Of a DNA stretch of 64,000 bases, positions 27,283 to 39,910 are shown one piece after another (within the stretch, counting starts at the first letter, position 1; each line of letters starts with the position of its first letter). The stretch spans positions 2,420,001-2,484,000 of the forward strand of contig NC_087252.1 of the NCBI RefSeq assembly GCF_037042905.1, given 5' to 3'. The notes under the pieces are model-generated. The model had not been told where the DNA came from and ran no database searches. It saw only the letters and a program-made list of their open reading frames with translations. The position numbers were made by a program, and so were the translations under genes. This stretch comes from Lytechinus pictus. Taxonomy: Eukaryota.

Positions 27283-28218
27283 TTTCGTGTAGAGGGTTGC
27301 TAGATCCATATGACAGTTAACCTGTTGACTACGGAATTCAGTCATTCCAATAGGGTTCATACAGGTACCACCTGGTTTCAGTAGTCAATGGGCTGAATTG
27401 GAATATTAACAAAGCATTCATTAGCGATATGCCGTGGCCACTACAATTTTGTAATAGTATTAGGGTTGGTTATTATTACATCACCTCACCAATGAAAGTG
27501 TGAAAGCATTCGAAAAGATTTATTAAAAAATAAACAAGTAGATTACGTACTACAGTACGAGATACGTCACATATGTCACATTCACAAGAGAGCTGGTTAG
27601 TTTTTGTGCAAAGGTTGCCCATTCGGTGATAAAGTTTCGAATAGTTGACGTCATACCATGTTTACAGTCTTTTGCCATTCATCCCAACAGGCTTTTTTTA
27701 TCAAACCACTACTGACTATTTAGAATCGATTGATTTACTATTTTTCTTTGTTTGCTAATTTACTTTCTCTATATATCCTTATTCTTTCAACAACAAAAAA
27801 AGTCAAATGTGTTCATGTGAAATGTAACGTCATCAATGGGAGAGCGTAAAATGTGAGTAGACTTAAACATTATGACGTAATCATGGATATTGAAGTTTCC
27901 AAAGTCCGACGGTTTTGGCGGGTTTCGTAGGGTCATTGACATTATTTGGTCACACCTGTACCTATTAGCAAGTGTATATGCCGGGACATATAAGGCAAGC
28001 AGCTTCATCATTCAATCATTATTTATTTTTGCCATTTACAGAATATCAAGAAATCACATTTCTTTATATCAAAATATCATGTGTTAATAAAATGGAACTC
28101 TGTTAATTTGGCTTGTTTTTTTTAATCAGTTATAGATTTATTCTTTTATTCATATTCATACTTTCGTCGATTTTTTTCAGGCATTTCTTCATACTTTCTT
28201 TCTCCCCTCCCCCACCAG

Positions 28219-28253
28219 ACGATTCTATGTGCAAGTTTTTTTTCTCTATCAAG
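28219..28253 (+). other. Candidate 35-nt 5'UTR exon of the GPCR
   Basis: Long pyrimidine tract + CCACCAG acceptor, perfect AAG|GTAAGT donor, same strand as and upstream of the receptor acceptor at 39325. Confidence 0.5.
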
Positions 28254-28287
28254 GTAAGTACCAAATCTGAAAGTCATTTGCCATTTT

Positions 28288-28336
<49 letters not shown>

Positions 28337-30995
28337 TAGATATATATGTGTGTGTGTGTGTATACGTGTATATATATATTATGGTGACATATAAGAACCA
28401 TTTTCAAACAAAATTATTAATTGTTCATACTATTCAATGATGTCGCAATGAGCAGAAAGTGTCAACTCTTAAATGATATTACGACGGACTTTTAAAATCA
28501 ATTTGAATCATGAACTCCCGTCATTTCCAGTGGTGTATCCTCGGATGATGTCGATTTACCTTTTGCCGACAATATTATGTAAAACTAAGGGGTTACATGA
28601 ACAGCGAGTACGTGTGTTTTTGGAGTGTGATTTAAGACTTACGTCAAAACACCAGAAAGCAAGGTGTTTACAATGGATGCCAGTATGGAATGACTTTCAC
28701 TATTAGCAAGATTGATACTCCATTTATTACTTTGTTATGGAATGCCTTTCTACATCCCCGATCTAGATCCAGGAGGAAACAAAATGGACCCCTCCCTGCC
28801 CCTTGCCACAATTGCCGGTCCGGTTTACGGGTAACTCCTATCTGCCAAACTTGTTTTGCCTTCTGGTAGACCTAATTCCTATATTTGCCTCTAAACATGC
28901 ACACACAAAACAAATCAAATCATCCCAATTATCATAATGTGCCCCTTCCCCCTCTTCCCCTTCACACTTCTCTCTCTTCTCCTTCTCTCACGCCCTCTAT
29001 CCCACCCCTACCCCCCTCTCTCTCTCAACATATTCTCAAAAGGTGTGCGTGTGCATTTTATAACTAATCATCGGACACATTATTCCATTCCGCCTATAAA
29101 TGAAAAGTGATATATTATTAGGTAAACTGTAAACCATTGTAAAATACCAACTATAGCCGCTGCGATTAATATATTTTTATAACAAATTATATTATGCAGG
29201 GCCCGCTGATATACCAGTTTCCTAACTGAGGTGGCTACCCTGGGTAAATAAAACATAATTTTTTTTTTATTAATGGAATCAATGCGATGTTACATAACTT
29301 TTTTTTGTAATGCATCGTAACTTTAATATTACTCTTTGGATTTTGGTCTAGGTTTAATCAATATCTCTTCCTTTCTTTCATTTTCCTGATTTTATTTTAC
29401 TTATAATTAGTGCGACCTTTAACAGGTTGTTTTCTTTAGTATGCGAGTGACATGATTGAGAACTCAAAACGTGTGTTTGGAGATGGCTCGAACGATAAGC
29501 CAGTACAGGGGCAATTTAAATTTCAAAAAGCCTTTTTTATTCACTATTTGCGGTCAGTCAAGATGGGGGTGTAATGCGGGGGCTGCGTGGACCGTATAAC
29601 TCGATCAATGAAAAGTCCTTAATCGTCTTGGCTACAATGATTGAGCACTTCATTTTCACCTACTTACACGAATGTGTCATGTAAAACGAGATCCGGAGAA
29701 TTAGCAGGGATTCCCAAACGAAAGTGTCCATTAATGTCATAGAGCAATGTTCCCTTGTGTAGCATTTATTTCATTGTATATAGCTATATATTTTTTTTAT
29801 GATGGGGGCGTTAAAGATGCATCATAGTTGAAGACACTATTGGGAGATGAGCATCAAACAGGTATTTTATGACTTTTAATATCGAATTAGGAAGACTTAA
29901 GGCCCGTTCAATATACATGAAGGCTTACAATAAAAGCAACTTTTCCATTATGATACAACTTTCACCGAAACCTTGATTTCGATTGTCTGCTGAGCCGTGT
30001 TACTATGGCAATTACCATAATTGCAAATCTTTACAATTCTAAGTCCTTAATCAAACATACTCCTTGCGATCAGTCTTATGAAAGCCTTTAAAAAATATGA
30101 CAAAAAAAATGAATTGATGGTTAAAAAAAACGCTGAAATCATTAATTAGAGACAGTTTTGAGGGGTTTGGGGGCAGTTTTCGTAAACGTCTATCCCAAAC
30201 AAGGCATGATACTGAGAATGTCTGTAATATCAGACTTACCATGCTTTCAAAGGCGGTTATGACATTTCAAAAACTCGATTATTTATTATTATTCAATTCA
30301 ATTCATTTATTTGACATTCTTTAAAAACATCCAAACATATATACAAGTATAATATGATACAACAACAAAGGAGTAAAAGACTTTAAATCACAGTATAAGC
30401 AATAAAAAATGGTAGAAATATAAAAGGCCTTCGCCCACTCCGGATCTGTGCACAATATATCATACCTGTCAATGTCTAGTAAAACATGTCAAATGTACCG
30501 TTTGTTCTAGAACCTTCCACATTTCCATGGTTCATGGGAATAAAGTTACATGGCGGCTTAATCTGTCATCAAAAATAGTTTAGTGGTGTATAAGTAGGCC
30601 TATACTTTATGTTCAACCCAAGCAGGCCGTGAAGGAGAAACATGTTTTCTTGTTAATTTGGGCTTTTATTTTCCTTGTTTTAGCCGCAAAACCGCTCTAC
30701 CGATGATACGTCCTGTTCCTTGCGGATGGGCTTTTTCACACCTTTTGCTTGTCTGACACTTGCAGTTTTTAACCAAGATATTCAAAAGAATCCATGTTTT
30801 GGTTGGGTTGTTTTAAACATGGGAAAATTTGGCTTCGAATAGGCCTACCTGTATATCATCATTCTGAAAATGAAATAGAAGATATAGAGAGCTGCAAAAT
30901 ATTGATGAAAAGAAGATTGTCACATCGTGTACATGGTATGTTCACATTGTATTTACATTGTATATACATGTACAGTGTGTTCATTATGTATTTTA

Positions 30996-31562
30996 AGGGA
31001 TGGTCTGGGCTTAGTAAATAGAGTAAAATTCACTGAGCAAAATGCCGAAAATTGCATCAAAATCGGATAACAAATAACAAAGTTATTGCATTTTAAAGTT
31101 TAGCAATATTTAGTGAAAATAGTTGTCATGAATATTCATTAGGTGGGCTGATGATGTCACATACCCACTTGTTCTTTTGTATTTTATTATATGAAATTAG
31201 GTTTATTCAATTTTTTTCCTCTAAGAACTAGAAAAACTGGATTAACAACTGATTTAGTGCATTAGATATTTATTGCTGTAACTTATTTCATTATAAGGGA
31301 GACATATTATTCACAAAAGTATGAAATAATGAAAAAAATATGATTTTATGTAATAACATAAGAAAACGGAAAGTGGGGATGTGACATCATCAGCCCACCT
31401 AATGAATATTCACGACGACTGTTTTCACAAAATATTGCTAAACTTTAAACTTCAATAACTTTATCATTTGTTATCCGATTTTGAAGAAATGTTCAAAAAG
31501 TTTGCTCAGTGAATTCTACTCTATGTATTAAGATATAAATATTTTCAGCCCGGACTATCCCT
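30996..31562. mobile_element. Kolobok-like MITE with ~170-bp TIRs
   Basis: AGGGATGGTCTGGGCT...AGCCCGGACTATCCCT ends flanked by TTTA/TTAA; internal inverted match GAATATTCATTAGGTGGGCTGATGATGTCAC. Confidence 0.88.
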
Positions 31563-31724
31563 TTAACAGTGTGTTCACAGTATATTTAGAGTGTATTCAG
31601 TGTATTTACAGTGTGTTCACAGTATATTTAGAGTGTGCTAACCGTGTATTAAGAGTGTGTTCACAGTATGTTTACAGTGTGTTCACAGTGTAGTTAGAGT
31701 GTGTTAACAGTATATTTACAGTGT

Positions 31725-32043
31725 GTGTAGTGGTTCTGACTTGTAAACAGAGGGTCCCGTCACAGTCTGGCGTCCTTTGGCAAGGCGTTAATCCACACTT
31801 TGCCACTCTCAGCCTAGGTGCTAAATGGGTACCTGGTAGGATTTGAAAGTCATTGTAGCTTGTCCAGTACTGTGTGCGCCTCACCGGCGACAGGCTGGAA
31901 TACTCCCTAGGGAGTGGAGGGTGTGCACACATTGTTTGCGGAAATGACAGATTGAATCCGATAACCGGGTTAATACTATATCTGTAAAGCGCTTAGACAC
32001 GTCGTTCCGATGTATTAAGCGCTTTATAAAAGCGGATTATTAT
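31725..32043 (+). mobile_element. tRNA-derived SINE (Deu/Nin-type core, L2-like tail)
   Basis: Degraded tRNA head GTGTAGTGGTT, CCTTTGGCAAGGCG, AAATGGGTACC core, and tail GTAAAGCGCTTAG...AAGCGCTTTATAAAAGCGGATTATTAT. Confidence 0.8.
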
Positions 32044-34344
32044 ATTTACAGTGTGTTCACAGTGTATTGAGAGTGTGTTCACAGTATATTTATAGTGTGT
32101 TCACAGATAGTTCACAGTGTATTTACAGTATGCACACAGTGTCTTCACAGTGTATTTACAATGTGCTTCAAACGTGTTTACAGTGTATTTACAGTATTTT
32201 CACTGTTCATATTGTACGGTGTGTTCACTGTTCACAGTGTATTCAGTGTGTTCACGATGTGTTCACAGAGTATTTTCAGTGTGTTCACGGTATGTTAACA
32301 GCGTCTTCACAGTGTGTTACCGGATTATTCATGCCGTGTACTCATAGCCTGTTTACAGTGTGTTCACAGTGTGTTCATAGTGTGTTCATAGTATGTTCAA
32401 GGCGTATTTGCAATGTGTTCACGTCGTGGGGGATATAAAGATGTGATTCCACACTGTGGGCTCCTCAACACGGTGAGTGTTCACAGTTTTTTCACACAGT
32501 TGCCTATGTTAAGATGTGATTTCCATTCTTAAAATAATCCCATTGAACAGTGTGAAGATGATTTCACAGTGTATTCAACACTGTGAATACACTGTTGGAC
32601 ATACTCTAGGGGCATTGTGATCTTTCCAGCGGAAAAGTAATTTAAATACCAAGTGACTGATGATAATTACGCACTACTCCCAGGTGATTGTAACAGCCGT
32701 TAACCAGAAAAGTGTCGCCATGGAAAATAAGGCGAAATGTGTGTTTTTTCTCCCCTTTTTTTTTTGTGGAAGTGCAAGTGCTATCTATTCCCACACCCCC
32801 TTCTTCTTTCGTCGTCTTTTTTTTTTTGGTAGCTTTACAGCCACTCTTGCTTTTTCTTTTCTTTATTTCTTTTTTTTGGGGGGTGGGGTGTTCCATCATA
32901 TATCTTTCATATCGTTACGCCATTTACTCTTCCTCCTTTTCTTTTCCTCTCCCATTCAGCATGTCCATCCCCTGCCCGATCCATTTATCTACTTCATTCA
33001 TTTGAAGACTAAAATCGATACCGTGTGGTTACAGGGTAAAAACAAAAACGATAATACTTGATCTCTTTCATATCTAACACTTATGAGGGTTTGTTTTATA
33101 TTCTCAGTAAATAACTGAAATTCCATGAGATAAATTATTGAAATCAAATGAGCCTAGAATTGCGCTATTTGTATTTTCATAGTATCATGTTTTTAATTAA
33201 GCCGTAACCCTAAACTTCAAGCGTCAATATGATATTTGATTAGCACATCAGCTTAGCGTGATGCGTGCAAGTACAGTAAAGCGCTTATGCCGTTCCGATG
33301 TGCGATAAACATGACAAATTAGAGGTATATCGTTACCGTTTCATAAACGTTTTTACACAGTTTAGTTTTTTAAAGTTTTTTTTTTACAACTATAAAAAAA
33401 AATGCGTGAAATCTGATTAAATCGGGTTACCACACATAATGGCCCCGCAGGCCCTGTTCCGAAACCTGCTAACAATATACTCTTGAACAAGATACAGCAT
33501 ATCATATAATTATGATTCTTATATTTCATATTTACTCTCGGATTATTACATGTTCATGATATTACCAACTATATAGCTTGGAAAAGTTCATGTGTTTTTT
33601 TCACAAAATTTTCTAAAAATATTTTCACAAAATAATGCAGACGGGTTCGAAACTCAACCCTCGCAAGTTGTTCTGAATACTGTATTACACGGGTGGGGGT
33701 GTATCCCCAACCAACATGCACGCATGAAATCACATAGACACACACACACATTTTAGAGAGGGATGATGCCTGATTAAACATATTCATACGTTCAAAATTT
33801 AGAAATTAGTATTTGTTTATCATCACATAATTGATTGCATAAGTGTTAAAATGTCTGAGTTTGCCCCAATGACCACCCAATGACACTAGGACCTGGGATG
33901 GACAAACTAACAAGATACAAGGAATATGAAAAATGAATGCAGTGTCCGTATATTCTAATCTTTTCATTGACAAGATGTATTGACATGGAGTTAAGCTTTA
34001 AAGTGGAAAATATTAACATGCGCGTATAGGGAAACCTAAGACGGGGAAAAGACTTGAGCACTTGACTTTTTCATTGCTACACAACGAACTTAAATGTCTG
34101 AGAGAGTGGTGTTTCGCGGGGGTCTATGCGATTCTAACGGGAATATGGGACATGTTCTGTTTGTAAAAAAAATGTTAATATGGAAATCTGTTCACTTTTC
34201 TGGGCATTTTCTCTTCTAATATGGTCAATGTAACTCTAAAAACCATTTGGTAGTAATAGTAGGAATAGTAAAATAAGTAACAGTATTGATAATAGTAGAC
34301 AAGGCCCTTGGAACGACAGGGGTTGCTGATTTAAATTTTACAAG

Positions 34345-34398
<54 letters not shown>

Positions 34399-35198
34399 TT
34401 CGCAAAAAAAAATGTTGGTCATTTTGGTCCCGAAAAATTTGACAAGCGAAAAAAAGGGTTTTTCGGTTGTATTTTTTCAATTTTGTCACACTTGCCACAA
34501 TAGCAGGGGTGCTGCCTGTGGAGAAGAATACACCCCCCCCCCCTCAGCACCCCCACTTCACAGGGCCATGGCAGTAGATTTATAGAAATAAAGGAAGTAG
34601 TAACAGCAACAGCAGGAGAAAAGGGGGGAAGGAGTAGTATAGTAGTTTCAATTCCTCTGCTGCAGTGGTACTTGTTGTCGATATTTTGTTTTGGCAGTAT
34701 AATGGGTTGTAACAATAATGCCCCCAAATCACGAGAAAACAAAATTTGGATAGAAAATGAAGGAGAGACAAAATAGAGGGTGAAAAGAGTTAGTAAGATA
34801 CAGAGAGAGACAGAGAGGGGGAAACCCTGACCTACAAGAAATTAGAAAGAAAAGTTACCTTGTCGTCTGCAGAAAATCCGCTTCGCAATACCTTTACTCT
34901 AAGTGTTTGCCAAGTCTTTTGCAAAGAGCGTTTACTTACCTGAAGACCCCATTCAACTGGAAGTTGAGAGGGAAATAAAATGATTCATGCCCTCCTTATA
35001 CCCCAGTCGAGTGTACTCGGGGTATATCAAAATTAATGACAAAGCTATTGCTTTTATTGACCTTCTTTCGAACGACCAAGGATAACATGGAAAGGTAGGC
35101 TGGATTAGGAAGCAGCGAACGAGTAGCGCTCTTGAACTTGATGGGCATTTTCTTAGTGTATATTATTATTTTTCTTTGAAAACAGAGCGACTACACCT

Positions 35199-35490
35199 GG
35201 GCCCTTGTAACATTAAACTTAACAATTGATCGTGGGACTGTTTTTTACAATCGATTGCATTGATTATTGTGTATGATCAATCGTAAAAACAGCCAAGTGA
35301 CCAATCGTTAATCTTTATGTAACAGGGATCTGGGCTCCGTAACACAAAGATTTAGCGATCAATCGCTAAATGGACTGACCAGTCAGGATCAATGTTACAA
35401 GCGCATTAAATTCAAAATACTGACCGGGAGCCAATTAGATGTGTTCTTTCATATTTGCTATTCGTCGCTAAGCATTGTGTTACAGGGCCC
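35199..35490. mobile_element. Two adjacent MITEs with GGGC(C/T)CCGTAACACAAAG-type TIRs; further copies ~38243-38385 and ~53763-53915
   Basis: Terminal inverted repeats and shared internal sequence (GCGATCAATC.CTAAATGGACTG, CTTTCATATTTGCTATTC) in several copies. Confidence 0.75.
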
Positions 35491-36217
35491 TGATTGGATG
35501 ATATTTATTATAAAACTGAATTTCAAAGTAGTTTGAATCTTTTAGCCAACAATTTGAAAGCCTCTCTAGTACAATCCGTCTTTCTCCATCACCATTTCTC
35601 CATTCACCAAGAGTCTCATGACCACTAAAGGAGAGCTTATTTATTATCAGTTTTGCAATATTTGTGAGACCGTTTTGGTAAATGTATGCAATTCTTTTAT
35701 TCAAAAACAAAATGCTCACATTTGCACAATGTTCACATTCATGGCACGGACGCTGCCGACTTTTCAGCAAGCATTAAGCCAATTACCCTCCGAGCTAATG
35801 AGTGTCAACTTTGTGGCAATAGCTATTGAACAGGGGGATTATCATGATTTTCTTTCCATTACCACAGTCACAAGAAGATTGAACATGAGACGTCACTTTC
35901 CGAGAATTCCAACATGCTTGTATCGTAGAGTATTATGTAGAAAAAAAAATCCCTTGACATGTTTTGAAATGGAGAAATTTGTCTTTATTATGTTGTGTAT
36001 CAGGAAGAAAATTCACAACGCCGTCTTTTAATCTAATTATTGATTTCTCCCCACAAGCCGTGGTGATTCTGTATGTCGACCAAAATGATATCATTATAAT
36101 CACTCTCTTCCCCTTTCTCTATTTCAATCTCTATACATAGTTTCCTCTATTTCTTCTTCTTTTTTCAGCGTTCTAAAGTTTTAAAAGACTTATACCTTTA
36201 TGGATTTTTCTTTCGTA

Positions 36218-36520
36218 CACTGTTAAAAAAAAACTGATTTTACAGGGGAAAAAATAAAATTTTGCAGAAAGCAATAACATAATCATTCTGTAAATTCATA
36301 AAACATGAATTTTTCTGCAATTTAACAGAACAGGTCTGTTTAAAAGGGGGAAAAGGGTGTTTTATTAAAGGAAATTTGTAGGGTTCCATACACCAAATAC
36401 CAAATTCCTGTAATTTTACATGATATAATGTAAGATTACGCAATCTGGTAAGATTACAGGTGTTCTCGAGACTCTGCTGCAGGAACTTCTTTTATTGTAA
36501 GGATAAATTTTCTAACAGTG
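36218..36520. mobile_element. MITE with CACTGTTA...TAACAGTG termini
   Basis: Short terminal inverted repeats with AT-rich subterminal repeats. Confidence 0.6.
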
Positions 36521-36639
36521 TTTAGTTTTCATTAGGTTTTCATGTTCTTAGGATAAACTTTAATAAGGAAATGATAATGATTTAAATGATGATAAAGTAC
36601 ATAAAGGCATTAATAAGAGTTTCATCGAAAATATCAATA

Positions 36640-36900
36640 ATTATAAGAATAACGACAACAATAAGGATTATAGTAGTAATGATATTAACAATTTATAATA
36701 ATAATTATAATAATGACGGTGATAACGATGGTGATTATAACAATGATAGTAATAACATGAATAATATACTACTACTTTGTTACTATTACTACTACTACTA
36801 AATACTACTAATACTACTATTACTAGTACGAATACTTATACTAATACTACTACAAAATGATATTAGTGCATGGTATTAATGATAATGACAAAAATATTAT
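36640..36900. repeat. (AAT)n/(ACT)n low-complexity repeat
   Basis: Directly visible. Confidence 0.9.
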
Positions 36901-39325
36901 TAATATCAATAAGAAGAGTAAGCATCGTTCCTATAACTGTCATCACAAGAACTATAGTAGAAAATAGATTTAAGTTTTATTCCTGTTGTTGAAACTGCTC
37001 TTCAATTTGTTTTTTAAATGGAAGAAAATAAATATATGAATTGAATTTCTGCAATGAATATGTTTATGTTTATCATCATTCAACACGTAATGAGTTTATA
37101 AAAGAATCACTTTTAAATCAAACCAACCGCTATAGCTTTTTCAATACCTCAAGATTTGACCCGCATTTCTCAGCTATTCATTATAAAGATTATAAAGGTG
37201 ATACCATATTTTCAAAACTTCCATGGCCTTGTTGGCTAGTTCTTCGTGCCTGCTTCTTCTACCATGCAGCTCCACTTCCCATCCAATTTCAGCTTCTAAA
37301 ATGCGAACCGATGTACTTTCATGTCCAATTTGTCGCGCGAGCTTAATTTCGCAGATTTCCCGCCAAAGTTATCACAAAACCACGCATCGCCTGCGCACAA
37401 GCTACCCTATTTTATTAACCAGCATCACAAGCAAATTCTGATGATGTGTCTTGTTGGTTAGAGCCATTATCAACGTCCGAATTGATCGTCATCCAGTGCT
37501 TACCAGTCAAAACTGATTTCTCTGCATGAGTATTTAAACGTAGGGATATCGTATAATCTGATGAAATATGTAATTGATTGGAATAACTATTTTCTTTCCA
37601 TCTTTTGTCTTTTGATATCTTCGTATTAAAGAATTTGGAGGCATAATATTCCCAGGTTCCCTTTCTGTTTTTGTTTTCTCTCTATCTCTAAAGCTTTTCT
37701 TAGAAGTTTAACTTGATTTTGAGTTAGTTCGTTTTATTCTGTCTGCCCCATCATCCTTCTATCTATTCTCAGTAATTTCTCCGCATGCAAATTATTTTTC
37801 TTTTCTTTTTAGTATGTATTTTATTAGTATTCAATCACATACAATCACAATATTTACTAGTAAAATCCAAATTTTTTCATCACTGCTAATTGTCTGATAG
37901 AAAAAGCAGAAGTGCCCTCAGAACATGAATGGAACGAGCTATATTTTCAAAGAAAATGAACAAAACAAGACAAAACGGAAACGATTTTGATTTTTTTTTC
38001 ATTATGCTTGCTCGTCACTAGTCATCTCCGGGGCTCCCACTTCCCCCTGACCCCACCTCCCACCCCTCGTACAATACTTTTTTGAGAAGTATTGACTTTA
38101 ACCCCCTTTTCTCCTCCATTTATGTAGCTTTCTATCAACTAGTCCATGATTGAGGCTGGTGATCTTATGCTTCAGCCTCACACGAAACGACTCTAAACTG
38201 ACAAGTGTTTATGTCATAATAACACCAAAGCTTTGGTCGATCTGGGCCCATAGATCCATAGATTAGCGATCAATCACTAAATGGACTGGCCAATCAATAT
38301 CAATGTTTCACGCGAATTTGGTTTAAAATACTGACCAGGAACCAATTAGAAGTGCTCTTTCATATTTGCTATTCATCGCTAAGCTGGGGTCAGGTTCGGC
38401 AGTGTGGCTATGACATTCCTCCAGGTCGATCTGCTCCGTTAAATAGGGAGTTATTCATTCAGCGATGTATGGGGGAATTGAAAACAGAGAAAATCTATTG
38501 TCAAATGCCCGTTATGAAAATGAATACCAACGACGTTTTGGTCGAAAATTTGTGAATCAAGCAAGCATTTTTAATCCCAGATTCTGGACAAACGACATTG
38601 GCCATTTTTCTTCAGCTCTGAAACCTAGCACGAAACTCCTGCTCCGGTTCATCAATTTTTCGACTGAGACCTTACAGCTGTTCTTTGTCATTTACGGGCA
38701 TTTTCAATACATTTACTCTGTAATCGAATCCTCCCCACGTTACTGAGCGAAACTCCTTAATGACTGTCCTCTGCTTCATGTCTGCAATTTTACCCAAACA
38801 CCTTACCCGCATCACGAACATAATTGGGAGTTTATTAATAAGCGCTCCAATCTGCGGCCCCGCTCTCTTCTGAAATGTCCTCATAACAGGTCATCAAACT
38901 ATCCCTGTATATTTTTCACAAGAGGTCAGCCTGTATCGGAGGGGTTGGGAGTGACATAATAGGTCAATGCTAATCATGTTGTTTCAGTTGTGGTAGAATT
39001 GTTTTGAAAAAAAAAGTTTAACAGATAACAGTAGGGCATAGAAAATATAACATCGGGATTGATCTGAAAACGAAGTTGAATCTCGCATACTGTTCAAACA
39101 TTGATACGTATATATATATGGGCTCATCGATTGGTTAATAATGATGTCATCACATTGATTGGTTAAAGGTGGTTAAATCATAGAGCTATTACTGTAATAG
39201 CTCTATGGTTAAATCGTCATGAAGTGCACACATGTATTGTGATACGGTCACAAATCATCATTATGATTTATAAAGATTTTTCGGGTTAGTAATCACCATT
39301 TACTCTCATTCATTGTTCTGTACAG

Positions 39326-39910
39326 GTGCGAAGACATATCTTGAAGAAGCTTTTGGATCAGAATGAAAATGCGTTGATGATGGTATTCTCGAGAATGTCA
39401 CCCGTACCCTGAAGATCCCTCGACTCAAAGACATCAAGGGAAATAGAATTACAAATCATCGTAACACCGTTGCCAACTTCCATTGAAACGCATAGCCCGC
39501 CCTCTACGGCAACACATTGAATGTATGTCACCATGGAGCCTGTGAACCTCACCAGCAGCCACAACCCGTACGATGATTACTACGCGACATTCGGTAACTA
39601 CTCATACTCATCCTCAACAGATTACTTCTACGACCTTATCCTTGAGATGGTCTATCCCAGAACGCACGAATGGGTCATTCTGGGGTTCTTCCTGCTCCTG
39701 CTCCTCTTGGCGCTTGGCGGAAATTTCTTGGTAGTTTATGCCGTACTGCGGAACGAGCACATGCGTTCGGTTACCAATTACTACATCATGAACCTGAGTG
39801 TTGCCGATATCCTGGTGTCTTTGATCTGTTTCGGACCGACTGCAGTTGGTGACGTTACGGAAACCTGGTGGCTTGGAGCTACAGCTTGCAAACTAATACC
39901 CTACTTTCAG
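39326..39910 (+). CDS. HCRTR: Orexin-type receptor coding exon 1 (5'UTR 39326-39520, N-terminus, TM1-TM2, start of TM3)
   Basis: Acceptor TACAG at 39321-39325; ATGs at 39521 and 39533 (GTCACCATGG); donor CAG|GTAACT at 39910. Confidence 0.95.

Larger units (their letters stand above)
30930..32600. repeat. Degenerate 11-bp minisatellite (CAGTGTGTTCA / CAGTGTATTTA) interrupted by a MITE and a SINE
   Basis: Dozens of visible units on both sides of the insertions; short related stretches near 56420 and 56695. Confidence 0.85.

Noticed and set aside
31566..32440. CRISPR-like array or Cys/Val-rich ORFs (32067..32438)
   Set aside because: Degenerate tandem 11-mers with no unique spacers or cas genes; eukaryotic context.
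38352..38884. Cluster of 67-93 aa ORFs upstream of the receptor
   Set aside because: No homology recognised and no consistent splice frame with the receptor, whose frame is closed by TGA at 39518-39520.
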